NCBI RefSeq assembly: GCF_001194135.2 | Contig: NC_068982.1 | Location: forward strand, 177,284,878 to 177,348,677 | Source of the DNA: Octopus bimaculoides | Taxonomy: Eukaryota | DNA: 63,800 nt | Direction of reading: 5' to 3' | Part shown: positions 51,677 through 63,800 of the stretch, in pieces | How positions within the stretch are numbered: the stretch's first letter is position 1 | How the letters are laid out: every line of letters starts with the position of its first letter | Translations under genes and position numbers: made by a program | The notes under the pieces: generated by a model | The model's input: only the letters and a program-made list of their open reading frames with translations | What the model was told of the DNA's origin: nothing | The model's database searches: none

Positions 51677-52572
51677 TTATGTTTGACTTTTGTTTTGCAT
51701 TTGTACAAGTTGGATCCAAGTCTCACCCAGAGACCTCAAGAGACAACAAGTTAGAAGTTCATGTAGGTGTTATGCCTAGGGTACCATATATTTGGATTTG
51801 TACAGTTTTGTTCAAGTGAATGTTTAAGAAACCATAAGAAAATTATGTTTGCTTTAAAATTTGAGATCACATAGACAGTATTTTACGTAGGATATGGGCA
51901 GTTCCCATGAGCACTATCTTTNNNNNNNNNNNNNNNNNNNNNNNNNNNNNNNNNNNNNNNNNNNNNNNNNNNNNNNNNNNNNNNNNNNNNNNNNNNNNNN
52001 NNNNNNNNNNNNNNNNNNNNNNNNNNNNNNNNNNNNNNNNNNNNNNNNNNNNNNNNNNNNNNNNNNNNNNNNNNNNNNNNNNNNNNNNNNNNNNNNNNNN
52101 NNNNNNNNNNNNNNNNNNNNNNNNNNNNNNNNNNNNNNNNNNNNNNNNNNNNNNNNNNNNNNNNNNNNNNNNNNNNNNNNNNNNNNNNNNNNNNNNNNNN
52201 NNNNNNNNNNNNNNNNNNNNNNNNNNNNNNNNNNNNNNNNNNNNNNNNNNNNNNNNNNNNNNNNNNNNNNNNNNNNNNNNNNNNNNNNNNNNNNNNNNNN
52301 NNNNNNNNNNNNNNNNNNNNNNNNNNNNNNNNNNNCTGTCAGTTTGAATGGTGAAGTTCCAGAGGAGTGCAATGTGATCATTTTCAAGTACTGGGGGTGG
52401 TTTATGTTCCCACCAGTTTTTATCATGGGGCAAGTTCAGGTTTTTGCATATTACCCAGTGAATATATTGTGCAGCTCTATCATGCCTGTTGAGATACTCT
52501 GTAGGCGCAAGCAGACTGCACATGGAGACAACATGATCGATGGTCTCATTTTGTTGTTGGCATATACGACAT
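51677..52572 (-). mobile_element. Young 5'-truncated R4/Dong-clade retrotransposon between two (TAA)n tracts
   Basis: CRICQQQNETIDHVVSMCSLLAPTEYLNRHD (CX2CX8HX4C), NWWEHKP..LLWNFTIQTD, gap, then KIVLMGTAHILRKILSM*. TTA runs at about 51633-51676 and 52574-52640. Confidence 0.95.
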
Positions 52573-52573
52573 A

Positions 52574-52641
<68 letters not shown>

Positions 52642-52648
52642 GACTACA

Positions 52649-52862
52649 GCTAAGACGGCGAGATGGCAGAATCGTTAGCATGCTGTATGAAATGCTTAGC
52701 GGTATTTCGCCCGTCGTTACGTTCTGAGTTCAAATTCCGCCGAGGCCGACTTTGCTTTTCATCCTTCCGGGTTCGATAAAATAAATGCCAGTTGAACACT
52801 GAGGTCAATGTAATGGACTCATTCCCACTTTCCCCAAGGTGCCCTTGTGGCAAAAATTCAAA
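52649..52862 (+). mobile_element. SINE family A with a target-site duplication
   Basis: Full head GGCGAGATGGCAGAATCGTTAG and B-box GAGTTCAAATTCC, flanked on both sides by ATTATTATTATGACTACA. Confidence 0.93.
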
Positions 52863-53759
52863 ATTATTATTATGACTACACCTAAAAGAACAACATTATT
52901 TACAGTAATTCAGCTGATATATACTGAATATGATAGTAAAACTAATCTCGAAAAACTGCCTTTAAAATGAGATCATCTATTTCTATTCAATTCTAACAGT
53001 AGAACACAATGTCACAAAACAGAATTAGCCGATAGCCTTGCCAACTACACCGGGAATTGAAATCGGAAGCTTATTTGCTACGCTATACTGGCCATGCTAA
53101 GGAAAAGAAGCGAAAATATTAGCAAATAAATGACACGAAAAGAAACACCTCCTCATTGCTGCTTTGTTGGGCGACCATATTAGATTGCCGTCCAACAATC
53201 TAAAGTGACAGATGGAATAAACTTGATGAAATTACTATTAACGATAAATGACGTTGTGAAAGTGATTAACAGTAAACAGGGTGTGCAATGATAAGCATTT
53301 GCAATTTGATAATGTATGGTGGGATAAGATAAAATAACAAAAACAAAATTGTGATAGTAAATCGAAATAGAAAGAAAGCATTTTATTGTAGAAGGCAAAA
53401 TAAATAAATAAGTAAATAAAATAGAATTTGATAGGCAAATTAGCTGAGAACAGAAATTGTGCAATAGACTCGTATTGTGTGAAAAGGACAAGCAGAATGA
53501 TTAGCTATATCGATTTCTTAATTAAAACAAAAGGCCTCATAGTCATAAGAGTAGAGAAAGAGATTGTTGGACTTCTTTTCTGCTTTACTTCGGGGAATTT
53601 GATGGCGTTAATGAAAATAGAAAGTAAATTAAAGACACAAGTCAATAAAGAAAATAATACTACCTCACAGCGCTGTAAAAGATTGAAAGCTTTTTGTCGT
53701 TTCTTTTTTCCCTTTTTCGGTGGCTATTTAGAGCAATCCGAAAGCAAATTTTTGTGGGA

Positions 53760-55790
53760 CAGGAGTAACAGGGAACTGATTTGATACTAACATATTAACC
53801 TCTAATTTTTTTTATTGAACTTCGAGGTATGAAAGGCAAACCCAAGGCATCTGACATTGGAACTCAGACAGTGTAACTAAAATCAATAAAACATATAATC
53901 AAATTGCTCTACTGCGTCTACCAACTCACGACAATTCTTTAAGTAAATAATAATCCCTTCTACTAAAGGTATAAGGTTCGCTGCCTTCTTTCAGCAAATA
54001 ATAATGTTCGAGTTTTACATTTGCGTAACATTTGTAAATAGTACTGAGTGAATTAAATCATTTCTAATATGAAACTGGTAATCGTTTTAACGATCCCGAA
54101 AGAAGAAACAAGTGTTAAACTCAATAATATTTTTAAAAGACAGCAAAATCATAGTCTTGACTATGTAAATTGTTTTTCTGACTTATTTGCCAGCGTAACA
54201 TTGAGTATTGAGTAAAGTGTGTTAATGTCCTATACCACATATTTAAAACATTAACCCAATTCAAGAACCTCCATTGCGACAGAAAATAATATTAATGTAG
54301 GAACAAGACGAGAAAATTGAGGGAACGGAACCGGTCGATATCATCGATATTAGTAGTTGACTGAAACTTCATTTTATCAATTTTGGGTGGATAAAAGGCA
54401 AAGTTGGAAAAAGCTGGAGCAAATACTGCAAGACGTTTTTCTGAAACTCTAACGATTCTACTAATCCAGCATATAATTTCAAATATAGGCCAGAATTTAG
54501 TAGGAAGTATATAGGAGGGATTCTTAAATGATTATTTTAACCTGAAACGTCGGTTTTCAATTAAAAAATATGGGCCCATGACAAATTATGCAATGCGTTT
54601 ACTTAGGCGCTCTCAGCCTCGAAAGAATGAATAACAAAGATAGTCTCGGCAGAATTTGAACTCAGAATATAAAGAGCTGATAAACAGACTGCAACACATT
54701 TTCCGATACTCGATCGAGTCTGTTGAATCACCGCTTTCAATTATTTCTAATTTAGCAATAAACCAGCGATTTTGAAGGGAGGAAACAAGTTGATACCATC
54801 GACACAAGTTCTTCACTGGTATTTTATTCTATCGGTCCCGAAAGTATGAAAGGCAAAGTTTTCCAACTGTAAAAGACCTGGAATACTTACTGCATAGCAT
54901 TTTTCCCGACGCTCAAACGATTCGGCCAGTTAACTGTCTTTATAATTGGTTCTAATTGAGGAACATGGTCAGTAATTTTTGTTAGGCGCGCTTAGTCGAC
55001 TACATGTAACTCAGTCTCTGTACGTGACCGGTACATTTTCTTACAGATCAATACATGATAAAGGATAAATGTGAAATTAGAGTGTAAAAACAGGAACAAA
55101 TACAAGAACGAGAATCATTTTGCCCGATACTACAACGATTTGGCCCACCCAATCTCTTAAAATAATATTTTGTAGCATTGTCATAAGACCTGACAGTCGG
55201 AGCGGGACTAGTCGATGAGGATGACTAAGCTCTTAGCGGGCACGTCATTTTATCAACACTCCAATAATAAAAGTATTCTATTATAAACTTTATCGTAAGT
55301 TGATGTATATGAGTATATGCATATATACGCACATATATCTATTTTTCTGTATATGAAGTGAACGAATATTGAATAAAATTTGTTTATTGTGAGGTATGTG
55401 TCTTTCTCCGTAACAGCATTGTAGATGGGAAATGATATTTATACGTGTATGCTGGAATGCATGCAACACTGGTTACTGACAAAAGAGACCTGTTTTTGGT
55501 AAATGAACCTATCCTTGCAATATAAGCTGTGCTGTAACAAGTCCATGTCAAATATATGGAATACGTGTCCTTTTCATATATTTGTTAAGTGACCGCTTCA
55601 GCTAATTTCTTTCATAACACCGTCATTTTTTTTTTATACATCACGAGTGTACTAGTAAGAATAATTTTGGCATCTACTTTAGTCTAAATAAGAGCAATTA
55701 TGAGCGGAGGGGCTTAGTCGATACCATCTGTTCCAGTAAGTAGGAGGTACTTTATTTTACCGACCCCGAAATAATCGGTGAAATCCACGC
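53760..55790 (-). mobile_element. Cluster of about 7 decayed family A SINE copies, all on the minus strand
   Basis: GTCGAT/CTGGTA..TTTTATC/TGAAAGGCAAA-like cores recur at about 53810, 54080, 54340, 54640, 54790, 54990 and 55720. Confidence 0.7.
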
Positions 55791-57253
55791 TAAAAAGTTA
55801 TTTTGTTTCTTTTCCTATTTCTAGTATTGCGATAATGACCATTCCACAGCCACCACGAAGGAGAATGGAGAAATGACGGTCCCCATCACGTGATCTATTT
55901 CCAGTGTCTGCTAATTTATCAAAAAATCCTTGGTGAAAAACCACGTTACTATTGATTTAAAAAATCAAATTATAATGACTCACATGCCTAGAAAGCAGAA
56001 ATATTCTAAAGGTTCGTGGATCAATGCATGGGGAATCGATCACTATTGTCAAACCATACAATCGGAAGATCCCATATTCCTTTTCTGAATGCTAAATGAG
56101 GCCCCGCATGCTCGAGAAAAAAATTGGGAACGTCAGACCAAAGGTTTTAAGAATTGATGTGCTGGAAACATTTATAGTCAGTGCCACGAACATTGATATC
56201 AGTCTTGCTTAGCGAATCGATTAATGAAGCCTTCTCGTATTTAGGCAACCGCAGACTCGTTGCCAAGCACCTGCCTTATGTCATGGTTCCGTCGGACCAC
56301 GCTTGAAATTGTTTAATTATGACAATTTCATGTCTTCCTGTTGAATTTCATGTTTTCTGTCATTGTTTTCGCATTCAAATTTCATTCTTTATATAAAATC
56401 TTTGCTTTGTTATTGTTGGTTCTTTCTTCGTTTCTTTTTCATCTCTTTCATCCATATGTTTTGTACACTTTTTACATTCATTCTCCCACTAATTAAATTT
56501 TTTAAATCTTTCTTTTATATTAAATATTGAATTAGTTATCTTTTAATAAAGTTATTTTTATTAGTATTTTTTCACCTAATTCACAAAATGATTAAATTTC
56601 TTGCATTCTTTCCAAAACAGCTATTTCTATTTGCTAATAAAGCGTTTTTGATGACAGAATTTACCATTGCTTTCTGCATTTATCAAATTGGAGCTTTCTG
56701 TTCACACTATTTTCGCCTCGGGTCATTATTGTTATTTCTTCTTTCTCTTCATTGTATTCTTCTTCTTCTTGTTACCATTATTAATATTCAAGAAATAGCA
56801 AAGATAAAAAAATCATTGTTATAAATAGTGCTGGTACTATTTACATATTGATTCCTACGCATATTTTACTCCGATCTTTATCGTTATTTTTCTCCTCCAT
56901 CCTTTACTCTTCTTTTATTGTACTGTATTTTTATATTTGCATTAGTGTTATTACTGTTCTTAACACTTCCTGTTTTCCTGCATTTTCTAGTTTCTGTCTT
57001 TTGTGTGAATTTTCTTTCGTTCAAACTTTGACCTGCTAAATATCTAAATTCATTACCATTTGGTATTCATGCTCTCGAAGTGATGTGTAGGCACCTTTAA
57101 GATTTATTCTATTTTGTAATGATATTTTTTTCTGCAAAATCACTAAACTAGTAAAACAACAAAATGACAAAAATGCAGTCATCTATCAATGAATAACCCT
57201 TGTATATTGTAGTTTTCACCGCTGCAACAAACTACTAATAAATTGTTATGGAC

Positions 57254-57304
<51 letters not shown>

Positions 57305-57551
57305 TACAACACGTATTCCAATACATAATGCAATTAGTTTTCACAAGTACTGGCAGCTTATTTAACCAAACTAACTGAATATGCCCTCAGGCGAAACTTA
57401 GTCCCAGCCATAATTAATTCAATTATGAAATTGACTGTACTATTAAACTTGATTCCAGCTCAATCCCATGAGTAAATGTACTGCTTCTATTCTTATAGTT
57501 TATTTAAAAGAACACTCCAGAGTTAACATTATATGTTCACGTGTGTGTGTA

Positions 57552-57592
<41 letters not shown>

Positions 57593-58169
57593 TATACACA
57601 GACAGACAGTGAGAAACAGTCGAGATAGACAGAGTAACAGAAACGCCAGCTTTACGTCTTATTTTATTTAAGCGAAACTTGCTATAGTGTAACGAACGTT
57701 TTTAAGAAACATTTATTGGCCGTCCAACGAAATAGCTCCAGTCCGAAAAGGCCTGTAGATCGTCTCTTCAATTCTTTGGAGCTCTCATAATTGCATCTTA
57801 ACCTCCCTGCTATACAGTACAGAAATGGTCTCACCTCATTTTGTTAACCTTCAACAGTGATAACTCACCCGCACTTGGAGAGAGTTGTTACAAACAAATA
57901 TATGAATACATAAGTAAACTTGTTGATACGCAAACGTTCACTCGCGCGCACGCACACATATATATGTGTATGTATATATATATATATATATATATATAAT
58001 AATTTTTTTCCCAGAGGATGTAGCAACCGTTACCAATATAGCATAAGATATATTGTTGTGTTTGTGGATGGTCATGTTGCCAGTTTAGCCAATAAAAACA
58101 CACGCTCTGTATATTTGGTGTTAATTTGCTTCAGCTTTATATTACATTACATTACATTAATCATATTTC

Positions 58170-58214
58170 GGCCAGAGTTCTTTCGTCACACTTCTGTGAC
58201 CTCATCAGTGGTCC
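58170..58214 (-). ncRNA. Minimal type I hammerhead-ribozyme-like motif with intact core
   Basis: Minus strand: GGACCA-CUGAUGA-G-GUCACA-GAAG-UGUGAC-GAAA-GAAC-UC-UGGCC. Confidence 0.65.
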
Positions 58215-58442
58215 TTTACTTTCTTCTTTCTTATATGTGTGTCCCTCCTTGCTAACGATCAGCACGTCAAGTTACGTAAATGCCATAGAAAGACCGTAGT
58301 TAAACTCTAGGTTCGATAATAATATCAGTGAGGAGTCTAATGTGGGTCTTGTATGAGCATGTATATGTTAAATAAAATGAAACAACAAAGCCAAGGCCAA
58401 GGCTCTGTGGAATTTTCAGGAAATTTATAAAGAGAAAGTTAG

Positions 58443-58488
58443 TCTTACAGCTATTTCTGAGATATTAGGGATATCCCTTCTTCAGAGA
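58443..58488 (-). ncRNA. Minimal type I hammerhead-ribozyme-like motif
   Basis: Minus strand: UCU-CUGAAGA-A-GGGAUAU-CCCUA-AUAUCUC-A-GAAA-UAGCUG-UA-AGA. Confidence 0.6.
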
Positions 58489-58499
58489 TGATGTGAGAT

Positions 58500-59050
58500 G
58501 TTCAGAGAGAAATAGTTGAGTTCAATCTAAGGAGTTATTGAAAACACTGGTGGAACAAAATCCCATCGTAACTGTTGAGGAACTAGCAGAGAAGCTTGGA
58601 TTTGATCATTCAACCAGTCATTCAAGTCAGCACTAGAAGTAAAACGACGACCTTTGATTTCAAGACAAAAGGTGTTCTTCCATCAGGCTAATACTCGGCC
58701 ACATTCAGCGAAGATAACATTCCAAAGGCTGGAGCAGTTTGAATGGGAAACGATGCCCCATCCACCATATTCGCCGGATATTGCCGCATCTGATTATCAT
58801 TTATTCCGCATTCTTCAAAATCATTTGGACGGAAAAAAATGTGAATTCTGTAGATGAGGTCAGAACACTACTGGAGGAGTATTTTTCTTCATAGACAAGT
58901 GAATTTTGGAAGAGGGGCCTGGCAACACTACCAGGTAGATGGAAGAGCATTGTAGAAAATGGAGGAGAGTATATTTTAGATTGAAAAAGAACTTTGTTTA
59001 TCTTAATTTTGAAAAAATAAAATTATTTAAAAAAAAACACGGGAAGACGC
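58500..59050 (+). mobile_element. Internally deleted mariner fragment
   Basis: EQNPIVTVEELAEKLGFDHST joined to FHQANTRPH..HPPYSPDIAASDYHLF. Confidence 0.9.
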
Positions 59051-59069
59051 AATGTATATATGTATATGT

Positions 59070-59114
<45 letters not shown>

Positions 59115-59284
59115 TATATATAATGTACGTGTGTGTGCGTATGCACATGTATGTATACAAACAATATATTATTTTATATTATATTATATTATGTTAAATT
59201 ATATATTATATTGGGTTGGTAAAAAAGTTTGTAGCGTGTTTTTTAAGTAAAATCCTTAACAACTGCTGTATCCTCCGTCTGCAA

Positions 59285-59558
59285 TGTCGTGGTACCGCCA
59301 CGATATTGTGACGGATGGTTTAGATACACTTACAGTAATAACAGTAAACAAGATAACGATACAACCGTTATAACAACGTAACGAACCAACAATCTCTTCA
59401 CGATCCAACAATCAATATTCCAAACGAACTACACAACCGACACCCTACTACTTCACTGCGAAATCTACTCGAACAAACTTCACTCCGAACGCTTCTATTT
59501 ATAATCGCTCGGTCCAGTCTATTTCTCGCAAGGATGCGTTGTGACTCTCACCACAACA
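59285..59558 (-). mobile_element. 3' LTR (about 274 bp) of an LTR retrotransposon
   Basis: On the minus strand it starts TGTTGTGGT right after the purine-rich tract AAAAGTGGAGA and ends ACCACGACA (imperfect inverted ends). Internal TATAAAT. Confidence 0.6.
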
Positions 59559-61210
59559 TCTCCACTTTTGAGATTTCGACTTCCCTAAGAAATGATTTTT
59601 TTTTCTTTTTCCAGCACCCCTCCCTCACTTTTTCTTAAAAAATTTAATATCTTTCTCGTTTTTGCATTATTTCTAAGTGTACAGTTTGTTTCCTTTCTCT
59701 GTGGATGCTTCTACGAGGCTCAAGCTTCTTCAATGCTGGCACCTCCGACATGCCATAGCAGACTTCTATTGGTATTTTCTTTCGTTTTTCAGTATGTCTC
59801 GTCTTTCATTAGTTTACGTGTCTCTTATGTTTCCAAAGTTGTCCTTTAATTACATACATCATTTTCCCTGGTGGTTTAGTTAAAAACCATCCTCCAAGCC
59901 TTCGAAATGTTTTGTTACCTTTTCGGTATTTCCTTTAAATATATTTTTTCCTGGAAGTAATTTATCGAAGATCAATTTTATTTTTTGCGCGAACATTAAC
60001 TCTAAGAGAGACGTTCCTGGTATTCACATTGGGCCTTACTTTATATATACCCACCAGAATTTCGTTAGCGCTTCATCATTTCCTACGTCATTCCTTGCTT
60101 TTTTTAACGCTCGCTTGAAAGTATGACAGTATCAGCGAATCTTTCTACCTGCACATTTGATCTCGAGTGGTAGGGCGGAATAAAAATATGCTTTATCGCA
60201 TGTATTTTGGAGAAATTCTTCAATTCACTAAATTGTGTTCCATTATCTGATATCAACGTGCCTGGAACACCGCATCGGACTAATAATTAATACAGGAACT
60301 TTATTGCTGGTTTATTTTACCTGCATACCTCTGGCTACTTTGTACCACTATCAACAACGATCAGATTGTATGCGCAGTTCACCAGTCCAACGTAGTCGAC
60401 ATGTACCCTGGACCACGGACTATCCGTCTCAAGCCACGACTGGTATTTCACCGGTGGTGCTTTGGCAGCTAACTTACAACCTCCACATGATTTTGCACAA
60501 TTTTCAATGTCCCGGTCCATTGTCGGCCAATATTCATAGCTCCTCATTGAAGCTTTCATTCTGGACATTCCCGAGTGTCCACTGTGGAATTCCTGAGATA
60601 CTTGATACTGTAGTGCAGTTGGTAGTACCACTATTTTCGCAAACATTAAAACATCGTCTCATAGTGAAAAATTATCCGAATTTGCATTTTTATTATGCTT
60701 ATTTTTCAACATTTCTTTCTTTCTTGTAATGTAATTATCCTCTGCGGATTTCATTTTTATATCATATGCTGTCACTGGGCAGATTGTGAATAACATTACA
60801 CGTATCTTTAACTTCATTTTCTGACGGCAATGAGGTTATCACTGTATCTACTATCGGGTCCGCATTCTTTGGAATTAGTCTCGATAAACGTTCCGCATGA
60901 CCGATTTCTTTCGACGGAATATACTGCATCTTAAAATTGTAGTTTAACAATATTGTACCCCAGCGTTTTAGCCAGTTCGCTGAATGGGCAGGTACTCCAT
61001 TTTTGGACCCCAAAATTAATAGTGATGGTCGACAGTCAGTTTGTAGCAAAAACCTTCTACCAGGCAGAAATTTGCCGATTTTTTTCATCGCATAAATAAT
61101 TGATAGAGCCTCCTTCACTATCCGGCTATACTTTCATTTCCGCTACTAACAACGAACGTGAAGCATGAACTACTGGCTTCATATTTCTATTTTTATACTA
61201 GCAATCTTCT
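59559..61210 (-). mobile_element. Gypsy/Ty3 pol fragment: RNase H, integrase (HHCC and core) and 3' UTR
   Basis: HASRSLL..KEALSIIYAMKK..LQTDCRP..KRWGTILLNYNFKMQY..HAERLSRL; FHSGHSGMSRMK..YWPTMDRDIE..CGGC..PWSRVHVDY. RNase H followed by integrase is the Gypsy order. Confidence 0.92.
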
Positions 61211-61339
61211 GTGGTTATACTTTTTCGGTTGACATATCTGTATTTTTGCGAAATCCTTTGCTTGAATTTTTCTTACGCCATGTTTCAGGTTCACCATTTT
61301 TAACATTCTTCTGCAATATTTAGACAGTTACGCATACCT

Positions 61340-62335
61340 TTACTCAACCTCATATTTCTTATTTTGTTCCACTACCTTTCGCTACCTTTGAGGAATGTTC
61401 ATGATCCCATCCTCCCAGAACTTGGCATCTTTCTGGATCATAAGTAGATCCAAGTAGTTTTTACATTCTTTTAAGAATCTAAGTTTTTCCCATTAAGAGA
61501 ATTTTTCCGGAATCAGAATAAATGATAATCCAAAGGTGCAAGGTCAGGTGGGTACGGTGGGTGAGGTAGGACATGCCACCTAAGTCGCACCAATTTCTGT
61601 CTGGTCTGCAAAGAAACATGCGATCTAGTGTTGTTCTGATGTAAGACGCCACCCTTTCGGTTGGCCAATTCTGGACGTTGCCTCCTTTAATCGGTCTAAT
61701 TTTGTGGAAGTAGCTTATAATACACAATGCCCTTCCGACCCAACCAGATAGAGAGCATCACCTGCTTCAGATACAAACCAGCTTTTGGCGAGATTGAAGA
61801 CGGCGGTTCATCTCGTTTTCCCCAGGACCTTTTTCCGTTTTATGTTGTAAATTATCCATCTCAGAACACGTGATCATTCTTTTCAGAAATGGATGATTTT
61901 TGTTTCTTCTGAGCAGAGATTCAGAGATAGAAATGGACTCTATTAAGTTTTTTTTTCCGTTAAGTTGTGAGGCACCAATCATAACAATTCGCGTAACCAA
62001 CTGTTTTTAAATGCTTTATAACGCTCACATGAGATATGTGAAGAATCTCCGCAATGTCTCGCATTCTGTGACATTGATTATTTTTTTCTATTAAAATCTC
62101 GATTTGTTCATGATCAGCGACTATAGGCCTGCTGGAACGTTCAAAATATCCCAGGTCAAAATTTTCGGTTCTAAAACTAGTGAATCACTTACAAACAGTA
62201 CTTTCAGCTATGACATCATCTCCATAAACAGCACATATCTTCTTTGCTGTTTGTGAAGCGTTTCACCTTTCCCGAAATAAAAGGGCATTAAATGACGAAA
62301 ATGTATTTCATTTCCTAGATTTGAAATTTTATCGT
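61340..62335 (-). pseudogene. Mariner transposase pseudogene
   Basis: NEIHFRHLM.FYF, LLRRNKNHPFLKRMITC, VMLSIW..KGIVYY and LPHPPYPPDLAPLDYHLF, with frameshifts and a deletion. Confidence 0.9.
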
Positions 62336-62764
62336 AAGAAGAGTAGAAGTAAATAATCCACACAAAATTAAAATAGAAAAATGTTGCCGTCACGTGATAA
62401 AGCAGATCACGTGATTAAACATTACCTGTTGAAAAATTCTACGAACTTATACAATATTATTTATATTATATCAAAAGTTAAAAATTGTGTCCTTTCTGAA
62501 TTATGCCTTCGGTACACGCATGGCAAATAGGTTAAGAATTTCGTTTCGCAGACACTTGTTTTCGAGTTCATATTGCACGGTACCTTGCGAACATTTCTTC
62601 TACTGCGGTCTAAAGCTGGCTGCAGCTTTGTGAGTGTATACGATAGACAGAAACAACGTGGAAGTCTGTCATCCATACACATACATGCATACATACATAC
62701 ATACATACATACATACATACATACATACAAGTGTATCTATCTATATATATATCATGCATACGTG

Positions 62765-62869
<105 letters not shown>

Positions 62870-63708
62870 GTTGTTCGTGACGTTAGGTAAGTGAAATGAC
62901 AGAACGACGTAAACTAGCTTCGCAATATTGTCTAAATGGGAAATTATTGTCACACTGCACCCCTCGAATATGCGAGATTTCATCCGTTTATTTATTGTAT
63001 GAAATATTCGCTCTCTTTGTTTTCACGAATGGGCATGCGTTCTTTGCTGGAAACATGCTTTTATTTTGTAACAACGCCCCAGTCTACAGAATTTCGTATA
63101 TTTTACAGTATTTAATTTATTTCTACAGTCGCTTTTATAGGCATATAAAACCAAAATGAAATCTTTATATCCAAGAAATGAAAAATCGGTATGTTTGTGC
63201 CCTGGTTATAACTTTGAACGTCTACGTTGGTACCTTCATTATAATAGCATCTGTTTCTTCACCAATAATGAGAAGCCGAATTTCTTATTCATCAGTAAAG
63301 AAAATAGTTTAAGTTCTTGCATTTATACGGAGCGGTCAATATATGTAACGCATTCCGAAGGTTTAACCAGAAACAACAATTTCTGGGGTGAGATTATACC
63401 CTGTCCCCACTCTCCAAATTTTGTTTTTGTTTATTATTACCAGTAAAACGTGCACATACATATATATAGTTTCATATAAACTTGTGTACTAGTATATGTG
63501 TGCGTATGTATGTGTGTGTGTGTGTGTGTGTGTATGTGTGTGTGTCCATGTGTGCGCGCGTGCATGAGAACATTAATAACTATACATACAAGCATATATA
63601 TATATATATATATATATATGCGGAGAGAGAGAGACAGAGACAGAGAGAGAGAAACAGAGAGAGACAGAGAAAGTGAGACAGAGAGAAAGAGTAAGAAATA
63701 TACGAATA

Positions 63709-63746
<38 letters not shown>

Positions 63747-63800
63747 TGAATATGTATATATGAAAAGATAAATGATTCGTAACGTTAAGTAACTGACATG

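Larger units (their letters stand above)
59211..62454 (-). mobile_element. Mariner element interrupted by a Gypsy fragment
   Basis: TIR TA|TTGGGTTGGTAAAAAAGTTTGTAG at 59211; decayed counterpart CTACGAACTTATACAA|TA ending at 62454. Transposase on the minus strand at about 62335-61340. Confidence 0.7.

Noticed and set aside
63281-63295. Minus-strand CUGAUGA-AUAA-GAAA
   Set aside because: No stem II or flanking stems.

Overview
AT-rich, microsatellite-dense eukaryotic DNA with about 14 N-gaps (for example 4717-5193, 9951-10198, 28281-28752, 35083-35688, 36472-37172, 51922-52336). The repeat families look like those I recall from octopus genomes, so the taxon is an inference and was not searched. 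I can support no host protein-coding exon; most of the supplied ORFs are microsatellite artefacts and the rest are TE remnants or unassigned. The window is a transposable-element graveyard: at least 7 fragments of R4/Dong-clade non-LTR retrotransposons (Myb-like, CCHC and restriction-like endonuclease motifs) mostly tied to (TAA)n tracts, three tRNA-derived SINE families, a full-length decayed mariner, a second mariner with a Gypsy pol/LTR fragment nested inside it, a maT-like Tc1/mariner remnant, a hAT fossil and a Helitron-like element with (CCCTAA)n-like repeats. The most unexpected signal is four minus-strand motifs with the layout of minimal type I hammerhead ribozymes (16718-16804, 33802-33839, 58170-58214, 58443-58488), plus one weaker permuted candidate, with no adjacent Penelope ORF recognised. 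Also notable is an alternating array of sense R4/Dong fragments and antisense SINEs sharing (TAA)n sites at 3.1-8.1 kb. Boundaries of decayed elements are approximate.
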